This document shows, one piece after another, positions 1-8,797 of a stretch of 64,000 nt of DNA. Positions within the stretch are counted from its first letter, which is position 1, and each line of letters begins with the position of its first letter. The position numbers and the translations under genes are program-made. This DNA is from an uncultured Lachnospiraceae bacterium (GTDB lineage Bacteria; Bacillota; Clostridia; Lachnospirales; Lachnospiraceae): positions 881 through 64,880 of the forward strand of contig CALZOU010000001.1 of NCBI GenBank assembly GCA_945827805.1. Direction: 5' to 3'. The notes below the pieces were generated by a model, which was given only the letters and a program-made list of their open reading frames with translations, was not told where the DNA came from and did no database searches.

Positions 1-52
1 TACTTGACAATAATGTCCAACGTTCGACAATTTACAACAACAGGAGAAGAAA

Positions 53-1324
53 ATGACCCGAAGAAAAAAAGCAGTTGGTTATCAGGAAATCTATCCTGAA
101 AAACCACGTAAGAAAAAACTGTCAAGACGGAAACGCAGGATTCGTCGTATACGGCGAATTGTAATTGCAGTGGTTGTCTTAGTGGCTCTGTATCTGACAG
201 CAGTGTTTTCCAATATACCCTTTATTGCCAAATGGCGGACCATCTACATCATGACGGCCATGACCACGAACAGCCACCAATGGCTGGCAACCATGTTTAT
301 CCCGCACAGTGTGATCGAGAAGGCCATGGCGCAGCAGGATGAGGATCTGATGAAATCTATTAATATGAATACTACCTGGGGCGGTGATGAGGAGAATATT
401 ACGGAACCCGGTCTTCTGATCCAGGGAGAGGCGATCACTGATGACACGGAAAAAGAGGAGTTTTACGAAAAGTACTGGGAGATCGACAGCGATACCGTTC
501 ATCAGTATCTGGAAGCCAATCCCCAGCTTTTGAAGGATGGATACAACAGTCTTCATATTGAAGACTTTGATATGAAGCTTGGTCTGAAAACGGTGGAAGG
601 CGATCCCATTCTTGTGATCAACGCGCCGAACAATCTTCTAATCATTGAAACAGACGGCAGCAGCTACAAAGGAAAACTTGCCATCGCAAAAGAACCTTCT
701 CAGGTGGATCTGGTGAAAGCCAAGCATCTTGGCTCTTACGGTGATAAAATTGTTACATTCTGTGAGGACAACGATGCTATTCTCGGCATAAATGCCAGCG
801 GCTTTGTGGATCCCGACGGTGTGGGCAGCGGCGGAATCGTCAACGGTTCTCTTGTTGTGGACGGTGTGGAATACGGTACCCACAAAAATGAGCCCGCGTG
901 GAAATTTGTCGGTCTGAATAAAGAAAACAAAATGTATGTATCGAACTACTCCGGCATTAATGTGGAAGATTTTCGCTGGGGTCTGGAGTTCTATCCGGGT
1001 CTTGTGGTGGACGGTGTACAGGCCGTAAACGAAGGTTACTGTATGGGTATCCAGCCAAGAACTACGCTTGGGCAGGAAAAGGACGGTTCTCTTCTGATGC
1101 TGGTCATTGACGGACGCCAGCCGGGTTACAGTCTGGGCTGCTCTGTAGCGGAATGTACGAAGATCATGATGCGCTATGACTGTTATCAGGGTATGAATCT
1201 CGACGGCGGCAGCTCCGCGGTAATGTACTATGACGGCAGACAGATCACCAAATCCAGCAGTGTTTCCGGAAAAGGACGGCATATGCCGGATGCTATTCTG
1301 GTGAATCGGATTTCAGATAAGTGA
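53..1324 (+). CDS. Membrane-anchored phosphodiester glycosidase (NAGPA/DUF2233) family protein
   Basis: ATG at 53 follows AGGAGAAG. The N-terminus is basic with one TM helix (IVIAVVVLVALYLTAVF). The C-terminal NLDGGSSAVMYYDG motif is typical of this fold. Confidence 0.7.
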   Translation: MTRRKKAVGYQEIYPEKPRKKKLSRRKRRIRRIRRIVIAVVVLVALYLTAVFSNIPFIAKWRTIYIMTAMTTNSHQWLATMFIPHSVIEKAMAQQDEDLMKSINMNTTWGGDEENITEPGLLIQGEAITDDTEKEEFYEKYWEIDSDTVHQYLEANPQLLKDGYNSLHIEDFDMKLGLKTVEGDPILVINAPNNLLIIETDGSSYKGKLAIAKEPSQVDLVKAKHLGSYGDKIVTFCEDNDAILGINASGFVDPDGVGSGGIVNGSLVVDGVEYGTHKNEPAWKFVGLNKENKMYVSNYSGINVEDFRWGLEFYPGLVVDGVQAVNEGYCMGIQPRTTLGQEKDGSLLMLVIDGRQPGYSLGCSVAECTKIMMRYDCYQGMNLDGGSSAVMYYDGRQITKSSSVSGKGRHMPDAILVNRISDK

Positions 1325-1406
1325 TAATAACTATTAAATAAAAATTTCAGTCAGGTGAAATTACTGCTTACTAATAATTCCTGATAAAAATGATGCCAGT
1401 TCTAAA

Positions 1407-1458
1407 TAAAAAAGTACCAATGACAATGAATGCTTCTTCTGTCATTGGTACTTTTTTC
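1407..1458. terminator. Bidirectional rho-independent terminator
   Basis: 12-bp arms AGTACCAATGAC (1413-1424) and GTCATTGGTACT (1441-1452) are flanked by an A-run and a T-run. Confidence 0.7.
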
Positions 1459-1464
1459 ATCTAT

Positions 1465-1650
1465 AAGATGTTTTCCTGGATATTTTATTAAAAAACAGAT
1501 GAAAGCATCCAAATTCTGCCTTATTTTCTCTATATATTGGATGTTTATTCGGCAAACTGATAATAAACCTCCAACTGACACAGCTAAAAGATGTTATTTT
1601 GGATATTTTGTAAAAAAACAGATGAAAACATCCAAAATTTGCCTTATTTA
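1465..1650. repeat. Two ~63-nt direct repeats (1465-1527 and 1588-1650), about 86% identical, period 123 nt
   Basis: Hand alignment of AAGATGTTTTCCTGGATATTTTATTAAAAAACAGATGAAAGCATCCAAATTCTGCCTTATTTT against AAGATGTTATTTTGGATATTTTGTAAAAAAACAGATGAAAACATCCAAAATTTGCCTTATTTA. Confidence 0.8.
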
Positions 1651-1696
1651 GCCTATAATCAGATGTATGCTCAGCAAATTCCTTCTGCAAATTAAA

Positions 1697-2035
1697 TTAA
1701 CACTCCAGCTCCCGATAGAAGCAGCTGTAATTTCCTGTATGACAGGCAGCCCCCACCTGCTCTACCCTGGCCAGCAGTGTATCATTGTCGCAGTCGATGG
1801 CCAGAGATTTCACGTACTGGAAATGGCCGCTGGTCAGGCCCTTGACCCAGAGTTCATTTCTGCTTCTGCTCCAATAGGTCATTCGTCCGGTGGACAGAGT
1901 CTGCTCATAGGCTTCTTTATTCATGTAGGCCACCATAAGCACCGTACCGCTGGCATCATCCTGCACAACCACCGGCAGCATACCGTCGGAATTCAGTTTT
2001 AATTCTTCCCAGGAAAGTCTGATCTTTTCTGCCAT
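1697..2035 (-). CDS. hisI: Phosphoribosyl-AMP cyclohydrolase (monofunctional HisI, no HisE domain)
   Basis: 112 aa. Contains [18 protein letters not shown]...TYWSRSR..LW.KG..SG and the CD.D..L..V...G.ACHTG motifs. Last gene of the his cluster. Confidence 0.9.
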   Translation of the reverse strand: MAEKIRLSWEELKLNSDGMLPVVVQDDASGTVLMVAYMNKEAYEQTLSTGRMTYWSRSRNELWVKGLTSGHFQYVKSLAIDCDNDTLLARVEQVGAACHTGNYSCFYRELEC

Positions 2036-2050
2036 TTTTCTTTACTCCTA

Positions 2051-2638
2051 TTACAAAGATCCTTTAGTGGACAATACGTTTTCAATACGCTCATCATACT
2101 GTACTGCTGCATCCAGAGCTTTGGCAAAGCTTTTGAAGATAGCTTCGATCATATGGTGATTGTTTCCCGGTGTCAGTACCTTGATGTGCAGATTCATGGC
2201 ACAGCCGTAGGAAATAGCATAGAAAAATTCTTTCACCATCTCCGTATCCATATCTCCCACCCGATCTGCTGTAAATTCGGCGTCAAACTGTAAATACGGA
2301 CGTCCGGAAAGATCCACGGCACACAGTACCAGCGTCTCATCCATAGGCAGGATGCAGCTTCCGAAGCGGCGAATACCTTTTTTATCGCCTACCGCCTCTT
2401 TGATGGCTGTTCCCAGCACAATGCCCGTATCTTCAATGGAATGATGACAGTCTACGTCGATATCACCATCGCATCTGACCTTCAGATCAAACAGACCGTG
2501 GCGGGCAAAGCCGTCCAGCATATGATCAAAAAATCCGATTTTCGTCTGCAGATCGGATTTTCCGCTGCCGTCCAGGTCAATGCTTACTTCAATTTTTGTT
2601 TCTTTCGTGTTTCTATTGACTGTTGCAGTTCTGCTCAT
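2051..2638 (-). CDS. hisB: Imidazoleglycerol-phosphate dehydratase
   Basis: Contains RNTKETKI.V...LDG, D.HH..ED.GI.LG and HH..EA.FK..A.AL motifs. Start chosen at the internal ATG (MSRTATV) behind AAAGAGGATG; the ORF itself extends to 2650. Confidence 0.93.
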   Translation of the reverse strand: MSRTATVNRNTKETKIEVSIDLDGSGKSDLQTKIGFFDHMLDGFARHGLFDLKVRCDGDIDVDCHHSIEDTGIVLGTAIKEAVGDKKGIRRFGSCILPMDETLVLCAVDLSGRPYLQFDAEFTADRVGDMDTEMVKEFFYAISYGCAMNLHIKVLTPGNNHHMIEAIFKSFAKALDAAVQYDERIENVLSTKGSL

Positions 2639-2659
2639 ATTATTCCACATCCTCTTTAT

Positions 2660-2747
2660 ATATTAATCGTATCTGGTTCCGTCCTCTGCGCACTCGCCAG
2701 GCGACACACATTTCACCTCTGACATAATATTAATCGTATCTGTTCGG
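2660..2747 (-). repeat. Two direct copies of ATATTAATCGTATCTG(G)TTC (2660-2680 and 2727-2747) in the hisD-hisB gap
   Basis: Read directly from the sequence. On the sense strand they read GAAC(C)AGATACGATTAATAT, which equals the right half of the leader palindrome family. Confidence 0.75.
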
Positions 2748-2855
2748 CAGTTATTCGCCCCATGAAAAGCAGCTTCTCCCAAGGGTTCACTCACACCTAA
2801 AGTATATACTTATGACCTCATTACCAAGTGATTCGACCTGTTCAACAAATTTCTG

Positions 2856-4154
2856 TCAATCTTCATCTTCAAACCGCACATGAATGGAATTTGCATGTGC
2901 CGTCAGATGTTCGGAAGCTGCAAAGGCTTCAATATCCTTATGGATCGGAGCCAGCGCCTCTCTGGAATAGTAAATGATCGACGATTTCTTCACAAAATCA
3001 TCCACCGACAACGGGGAAAAGAATTTGGCAGTTCCATTCGTGGGCAGTACATGGTTCGGACCTGCAAAATAATCTCCCAGCGGTTCGCAGCTGTATTCTC
3101 CAAGGAAAATAGCGCCTGCATGGCGAATTTTCATCATAACCTCAAAGGGATTGGCGGTAACGATCTCCAGATGCTCAGATGCAATGGCGTTTGCCGCATC
3201 AATAGCCTCTTCCATATTTTCTGCCACCAACAGATAACCAAAGTTATCCAGAGACTTCTGAATGATCTCACGGCGGGAAAGCTTCTGCAGATAACCGTCC
3301 ACCTCTTCAGATACCTTTTCAGCCAGCTCACGGCTGGTTGTGATCAGAATTGCCGATGCCAGCTCATCATGCTCTGCCTGGGACAGAAGATCCGCAGCCA
3401 CATAATGGGGATTTGCTGTCTCATCTGCCAGTACCAGAATTTCGCTGGGACCGGCAATGGAGTCTATAGCTACATGACCAAATACAGCTTTTTTTGCCAG
3501 CGCCACATAAATATTTCCCGGACCGACGATCTTATCCACTTTCGGCACGCTCTGTGTACCATAAGCCATGGCTGCGATTGCCTGCGCACCGCCGGTTTTA
3601 TAGATCTCATCGGCACCGGCCTCATTTGCGGCAACCAGTACCAGAGGATTAACTTTTCCTTCCGCATTACAGGGTGTTGTCATGACGATACGTCCCACCC
3701 CCGCCACTTTTGCGGGAACAATGTTCATTAACACAGAAGAAGGATAAGCGGCCTTTCCGCCGGGGACATAGACACCTACCGTATCCATGGGCGTCACTTT
3801 CTGTCCAAGCATGGTTCCCTGAGCCGTAGAATTAAACCAGCTGTTCTGCTTCTGGTTTGCATGATACTCCCGGATATTAACCAGTGCTTTCTTAATTACG
3901 GCGATCAGATCCGCATCCACCAGATCGTAGGCTTCCCGGATCTCTGCCTCTGAAACACGAAACGTCTCTTTGGTCAGCTCTACATGATCAAACTGCTTTG
4001 CATAGGCAAAGATAGCCTCATCACCCTTTGCTTTTACTTCCTCAAGAATAGCGGCAACGCGGGCTTCGTACTCGCCGTAGTTGTTGGGGCTTCTTTTTAA
4101 CATATTTTCCAGAATATTTTCTGTGGTTTCTTTTGTCAGGTTTACGATTCGCAT
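2856..4154 (-). CDS. hisD: Histidinol dehydrogenase
   Basis: 432 aa full-length ORF. Contains GGAQAIAA.AYGT, IAGPSE and SQAEHD motifs. Confidence 0.95.
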   Translation of the reverse strand: MRIVNLTKETTENILENMLKRSPNNYGEYEARVAAILEEVKAKGDEAIFAYAKQFDHVELTKETFRVSEAEIREAYDLVDADLIAVIKKALVNIREYHANQKQNSWFNSTAQGTMLGQKVTPMDTVGVYVPGGKAAYPSSVLMNIVPAKVAGVGRIVMTTPCNAEGKVNPLVLVAANEAGADEIYKTGGAQAIAAMAYGTQSVPKVDKIVGPGNIYVALAKKAVFGHVAIDSIAGPSEILVLADETANPHYVAADLLSQAEHDELASAILITTSRELAEKVSEEVDGYLQKLSRREIIQKSLDNFGYLLVAENMEEAIDAANAIASEHLEIVTANPFEVMMKIRHAGAIFLGEYSCEPLGDYFAGPNHVLPTNGTAKFFSPLSVDDFVKKSSIIYYSREALAPIHKDIEAFAASEHLTAHANSIHVRFEDED

Positions 4155-4157
4155 GAT

Positions 4158-4820
4158 CTATTCCTCTCCTTTGTCGATGACCTCTTTTAACTGACGGATC
4201 AGAGTTGTAATTCTCTCATTTTCCATCCGCATACTGACGCGGTTGACCACCATACGAGCCGAAAGGGGACATACCTCTTCCAGCACGGTCAGCCCGTTTT
4301 CCCGAAGGGTCGTGCCGGTCTCCACAATATCCACGATCACTTCCGAAAGGCCTACGATGGGTGCCAGCTCAATGGATCCGTTCAGCTTGATAAACTCCAC
4401 GGTCTGATGCTTTTTATTATAGAAATAATCCTTGGCGATATTCGGGTACTTAGTGGCCACGCGGATGAATTGATTGTGTTCCAGATACTTTCTGGCACTT
4501 TCCGGACCGCAGACACACATGCGGCATTTTCCGAATTTCAGGTCAAGTACCTCATAAAGCTTGCGTCCCTCTTCCATAATGGTATCTGCACCTACGATGC
4601 CGATATCTGCGGCACCGTATTCCACATAGGTCGGTACATCCGGCCCCTTTGCCAGAAAAAATCGCATCTTCAGATCTTCATTGACAAAGATCAGTTTACG
4701 GGATTCTTTATCGTACATTTCATCGCAGTGAATCCCCACCTTTTCAAACAGTGCCAGGGCGTTTTTTGCCAGACGGCCCTTTCCCAGTGCAAAGGTGAGA
4801 TAGCGTTCTGTCTGCTGCAT
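4158..4820 (-). CDS. hisG: ATP phosphoribosyltransferase, short form
   Basis: 220 aa, consistent with short (HisZ-dependent) HisG. Contains LALGKGRL, DVPTYVEYGAADIGIVG and ETGTTLRENGL motifs. Confidence 0.94.
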   Translation of the reverse strand: MQQTERYLTFALGKGRLAKNALALFEKVGIHCDEMYDKESRKLIFVNEDLKMRFFLAKGPDVPTYVEYGAADIGIVGADTIMEEGRKLYEVLDLKFGKCRMCVCGPESARKYLEHNQFIRVATKYPNIAKDYFYNKKHQTVEFIKLNGSIELAPIVGLSEVIVDIVETGTTLRENGLTVLEEVCPLSARMVVNRVSMRMENERITTLIRQLKEVIDKGEE

Positions 4821-4844
4821 AATTCTTCCTCCTGCTGTATTCGT

Positions 4845-6026
4845 CTATTCTTCCACATAGCTGAAAGCACACTGATGCTTTGCAGCCATGGTTTCGTATT
4901 CGGAAACTGAGATATCCGGATCTTTTGCCACCAGACTGACAAAACAGCCTTTATTTCTCTTCTCTTTGGCCAAAGCCAGCGCTCTGGCATAGCAGCATTT
5001 ATCATAAACAAGCATCAGCTTCTGATCTTCTACAGTAATCTCGATCTTCTGGCGCTCCAGCGCATTCATCAGATACTCGATCACGAGGCCAAAGCCGATA
5101 GCCGGCATATCCGCGCCGAAATGTTCCAACAGTTTATCATAACGACCGCCCTTTACCAGCGGCTCACCGGATCCATATGTATATCCCTGAAAAATAATTC
5201 CTGTATAGTAACGATATTTGCTCAGCATACTCAGATCAAAGGAAACATATTCTTCTACGCCATACAGCTTTAACACATCATAAATCTGTTCCAGACGGCG
5301 CACAGCAGCCAGCGCTCTCTGATTGTTTGTCAGGGATCTGGCTTTTTCCAGAATCTCCGGTCCGCCGAAAAGTGACGAAAATTCCCGGAAAGCGGTTTTA
5401 AGCTCTGCACTCAGGTTCATCTGATCCAGAATCTCTTCCGCGCCAAACATGTTTTTGTTGGAAATGTATTTTCGAAGGGCCAGTTCCGTCTCTTCGTCCA
5501 TCCCGGCTTCATCCACCAGTGCCTTAAAAAAGTTGACCTCACCTATACTGATCTGAAATTCTTTCAGTCCGGCAGCACACATAGTCTCCACAGCCAGTGC
5601 CAGAAGTTCGCTGTCCGCCTCCACACTGTCATCTCCCAGGTACTCCACGCCGATCTGTGTGGACTCATTCAGGCGTCCCTGATAGCTGTGACGGTTTTCG
5701 AAGGTCTTTCCCTGATAGCAAAGACGCTTCGGAAGCTTCTCGTCACCGAAATACATGGAAACCGCTCTGGCAATGGACGGTGTAAAATCCGGTCTCAGCA
5801 CCAGTGTATCTCCGATCCGGTCGAAAAACTTGTAAAGATCCCGGGAAGCCGTGGTGCCGACTTCCTTACTGAATACGTCAAAATATTCGATGACGGGAGT
5901 CTCAATATCCTCAAAACCGTAGCTTCGGATCACCTGCATCAGACGTTCCTGCATCATTTTCTTTTTGCGGCATTCAATGCCATATATATCGCGCATACCT
6001 TCAGGAGTATGGATTTCTCTTTGCAT
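4845..6026 (-). CDS. hisZ: ATP phosphoribosyltransferase regulatory subunit (HisRS paralog)
   Basis: 393 aa with class-II aaRS-like motifs (PEGMRD, LRPDFT, YQG.TFE) and no anticodon-binding tail. Sits immediately upstream of short-form hisG. Confidence 0.85.
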   Translation of the reverse strand: MQREIHTPEGMRDIYGIECRKKKMMQERLMQVIRSYGFEDIETPVIEYFDVFSKEVGTTASRDLYKFFDRIGDTLVLRPDFTPSIARAVSMYFGDEKLPKRLCYQGKTFENRHSYQGRLNESTQIGVEYLGDDSVEADSELLALAVETMCAAGLKEFQISIGEVNFFKALVDEAGMDEETELALRKYISNKNMFGAEEILDQMNLSAELKTAFREFSSLFGGPEILEKARSLTNNQRALAAVRRLEQIYDVLKLYGVEEYVSFDLSMLSKYRYYTGIIFQGYTYGSGEPLVKGGRYDKLLEHFGADMPAIGFGLVIEYLMNALERQKIEITVEDQKLMLVYDKCCYARALALAKEKRNKGCFVSLVAKDPDISVSEYETMAAKHQCAFSYVEE

Positions 6027-6085
6027 GTGTTACCTCCAGATATTTTAGTGTGATAAAGTGATACAGTGCTATCACAACAAACCAC

Positions 6086-6113
6086 ATTATAGCAGAATGT
6101 TTTTTTTTGTCAA
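6086..6113 (-). promoter_or_regulatory. SigA-type promoter of the his cluster
   Basis: On the minus strand: TTGACA (6108-6113), 16-nt spacer, TATAAT (6086-6091). This lies 60 nt upstream of the hisZ ATG. Confidence 0.6.
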
Positions 6114-6643
6114 TCCCTGTTCTCCAGATCCTTTTGTATGCCGTTCAGATATGGCACAAAGATCCTGGGATTATGCGGGAGAAAAAATGCGGGATCCAGT
6201 TCTTCATATTTAAAGTGCTTTCTGCCCCCACTTGCGGCTCTGTCCCAAAAGGCGCGCATACTCTTATAAGGAAGGTAATAAAACTCATTCCTGTGGGTAA
6301 ACATGATCAGGATAAACGCAATACCGCCCTGTTTTTCAAAATCTTCCATAAAATGCACCTGATGTTTATGGATATTCTGAAGGGGAAAATTGTCGGTATG
6401 GCATTCCTTGGCATCAAAACAGACGGGATAGCCCTGCACCGCTCCGATATAATCCACCGTACTTTTCTGGTCAAAGTAGGCCAGTGTGATATGGCGTGTG
6501 GATTTGTCAATCTTGATGGGAGTGATGGGGGTTGGCACTTTCTGGATCAGTGCCAGATGTTTTTCCCGATACTGTTCATTCGCCCTGTTTACCAGTTCTT
6601 CAAGGGTGGAGCCTCTGAGACCTCTGGAATTCCAGGTTCCCAT
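6110..6643 (-). CDS. recU: Holliday junction resolvase RecU
   Basis: 177 aa. N-terminal RG..LE..VN.AN..Y and a central DY.G...G..V.FDAKE block are characteristic of RecU. Confidence 0.88.
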   Translation of the reverse strand: MGTWNSRGLRGSTLEELVNRANEQYREKHLALIQKVPTPITPIKIDKSTRHITLAYFDQKSTVDYIGAVQGYPVCFDAKECHTDNFPLQNIHKHQVHFMEDFEKQGGIAFILIMFTHRNEFYYLPYKSMRAFWDRAASGGRKHFKYEELDPAFFLPHNPRIFVPYLNGIQKDLENRD

Positions 6644-6655
6644 ATGTGTACTCTC

Positions 6656-7228
6656 CTATTCTACAAAACCGATTTTGTTCAGGGGCCAGTAACGAAGCAA
6701 AGCCTTGGCCAGGATCTGATCCCTTCTGACATATGTATTTTGCCAGAAACGGGAATCGTTGGACCAGTTCCGATTGTCTCCCATCATAAAATAACAGTCC
6801 TCCGGCACTTCGTAGGGTCCGAAATCTCCTTCCATCTTTTCCGGAAGGAAGCTGTCGTCTAAAGGTGTCGGATCATCATCAATATAGACTTCTCCGTCTA
6901 TGATCGTTACGGTTTCCCCGGGGAGACCGATGACACGCTTGATAAACAGCTGTTTTTCATCATCGGGATATTTAAAGATCACAATATCATAACGCTCGGG
7001 ATCGTGATCCTTATAAGCAAGGCGGTTGCCAAACAGCTGATCCCCCTTGGTGATCGTGTTTTCCATGGAATCTGAAGGGATCCTGGCATTCAGCAGGAAA
7101 AACGTATTGACAATACCCACCACAAGCACTACAGCCACAACAATTCTCACATATTCCCAGATCTCGCTTTTCCCTTTAACGTTTTCCTTATTTTCCGTTT
7201 CCGGAGTATTATTTACTGTTTCGTTCAT
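6656..7228 (-). CDS. lepB: Signal peptidase I
   Basis: One N-terminal TM helix, the catalytic SDSMENT box, and the KRVIGLPGE and GDNRNWSNDSR boxes. Confidence 0.9.
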   Translation of the reverse strand: MNETVNNTPETENKENVKGKSEIWEYVRIVVAVVLVVGIVNTFFLLNARIPSDSMENTITKGDQLFGNRLAYKDHDPERYDIVIFKYPDDEKQLFIKRVIGLPGETVTIIDGEVYIDDDPTPLDDSFLPEKMEGDFGPYEVPEDCYFMMGDNRNWSNDSRFWQNTYVRRDQILAKALLRYWPLNKIGFVE

Positions 7229-8186
7229 ACAGATGTTCTCCTAACATACATTGGTTAAACTGTGCCGGTACCGGTGCGGCAAATGTGCGTCCTGACAGAC
7301 CTGAAAAACAGCCCTCACAGTCAGGAAAAGTTATATAACGGGCATGCAGAAGCTGATGCTTTATGCCGTATTTCTTCCGGTATTTTTGATTCGCGCTTTC
7401 TTCGCCATACTTTGTATCCCCGATAATGGGATGCCCCACAGAGGCCAGGTGGCTGCGGATCTGGTGTGTTTTTCCCGTGATCAGATCTGCCTTTACCAGG
7501 GACAGTTCCCCGTTATCTGAAAGAGGTGTGAAATATGTTTCCACCGCCTTGGCATCCTCCTCAGGAGTTTCCAGTAGTTTTACCAGATTGGATCGTTCAT
7601 CTTTTTTCAGATACCCTTTTATATGAAGAGGTTCGGTCATGCGGCCTTTAACGATGCAAAGATACTCTTTTTTAAGCGTCCTCTGTTTCAGCGCATCGGA
7701 CAGAAACTGCAGACCTGCCAGATCTATGCCCGAAAGAACCAGTCCGCTGGTATTGCGATCCAGACGATTGCATACGGATGGCTTTGCCGTATCCTTTGTT
7801 GGATCGTATTTCCCGGTCTGCTCCAGATAATACAGGATCTCATCCACCAGGGAAAGATCGCTTATCTTTGCTTTCTGGGTCAGCAGTCCGGCAGGTTTAT
7901 TGACGATCAGGATATGCGGATCTTCATAGATCACATCAGGCAGCGGTACTTTTTTTATCGAAACAGCTTCCCGAAAACCGTCGATGGTTTCTTCGGCCAG
8001 AAACAGCTGAATACTGTCTCCTGCCTTCAGGGTTTCGTTTCCCTCCGCCTTTGCCCGGTTGAGCTTGATATTTTTCTTCCGCAGCATTTTATATATAAAG
8101 CTGCCGGGCGCCTTATTCAGATATTTTTTCAGATATTTGTCCAGCCGCTGGTTTTGCTCCGCTGCTGAAATATTAAGTTCTCTCAT
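7209..8186 (-). CDS. RluA-family 23S rRNA pseudouridine synthase with S4 domain
   Basis: RLDKYL S4-like N-terminus, plus HRLDRNTSGL-type and THQIR.HL motifs. Confidence 0.85.
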   Translation of the reverse strand: MRELNISAAEQNQRLDKYLKKYLNKAPGSFIYKMLRKKNIKLNRAKAEGNETLKAGDSIQLFLAEETIDGFREAVSIKKVPLPDVIYEDPHILIVNKPAGLLTQKAKISDLSLVDEILYYLEQTGKYDPTKDTAKPSVCNRLDRNTSGLVLSGIDLAGLQFLSDALKQRTLKKEYLCIVKGRMTEPLHIKGYLKKDERSNLVKLLETPEEDAKAVETYFTPLSDNGELSLVKADLITGKTHQIRSHLASVGHPIIGDTKYGEESANQKYRKKYGIKHQLLHARYITFPDCEGCFSGLSGRTFAAPVPAQFNQCMLGEHLYERNSK

Positions 8187-8197
8187 ACACAGTATCC

Positions 8198-8797
8198 TTA
8201 TAAAGCCAGCCGGTACAAAAGATGCATCACCATCTGGTTGCGGTCATACTCAGGATACCTGGGATCCGGTGTAAAGGCTGTCTTGTCCAACTCCTCGAAA
8301 TGTGCGTTCATTGTATCCAGACGGTCGGTAAACTGTTCCAGCCGGGTAAAGACTTTCACCTTCTGGTGGTATCCGTTCTGATCCATCAGCTTGCTGATAT
8401 GCTCCTCCAGAAGTTCCGGCGGATTTTTCAGTCGGTCGGAATAACAGACGATCTGACTGCCATGTACTGCTGCCGCGCAGACAAATTCGCTGTGCTCATA
8501 TGATGTGATATACAGTTCATACCCTACCAGTACCTTCCCCGCATGGGCTTTGATAGCTTTGTAGTTCTTTTCTTTCATGGGCTTCACCAGAAAGATCATG
8601 ATCGTTCCCACTAAGGCTTTACAGCCCGGCAGACACCCTACCACAGCGATGACAGTAAACAGATTCTTTGTGGTTTTTGTCGTCATATATCCTGTCACAA
8701 ACAAAAGCAACGGAATGGCAAACAGGATCACCGTGGTGACCAGACGCTTTATCCGTTCTTTTTTTACGTAACCGTAATATCCTTTTTTTTCTTTCAT
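8198..8797 (-). CDS. Hypothetical two-TM membrane protein
   Basis: Two predicted TM helices followed by a soluble tail with no recognised motif. Its start overlaps the stop of the upstream ygiQ-like gene by 4 nt. Confidence 0.5.
   Translation of the reverse strand: MKEKKGYYGYVKKERIKRLVTTVILFAIPLLLFVTGYMTTKTTKNLFTVIAVVGCLPGCKALVGTIMIFLVKPMKEKNYKAIKAHAGKVLVGYELYITSYEHSEFVCAAAVHGSQIVCYSDRLKNPPELLEEHISKLMDQNGYHQKVKVFTRLEQFTDRLDTMNAHFEELDKTAFTPDPRYPEYDRNQMVMHLLYRLAL

Noticed and set aside
1430-1690. 73-aa (+) and 77-aa (-) ORFs over the direct repeats, and the possibility of a mini-CRISPR
   Set aside because: The ORFs are low-complexity, lack an RBS and overlap each other on opposite strands. 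There are only two repeat units, about 86% identical with a 60-nt spacer, and no cas genes. This is not a CRISPR array.
2663-2725. 20-codon ORF (MSEVKCVSPGECAEDGTRYD) in the hisD-hisB gap as a leader peptide
   Set aside because: It has no Shine-Dalgarno sequence and no histidine codons. It is bounded by the two repeat copies, so it is probably fortuitous.
6027-6109. T-box or histidine attenuator upstream of hisZ
   Set aside because: Only 83 nt are available. I found no specifier-loop or T-box sequence (AANNNGGGTGGTACCGCG-like) and no His-rich leader peptide.
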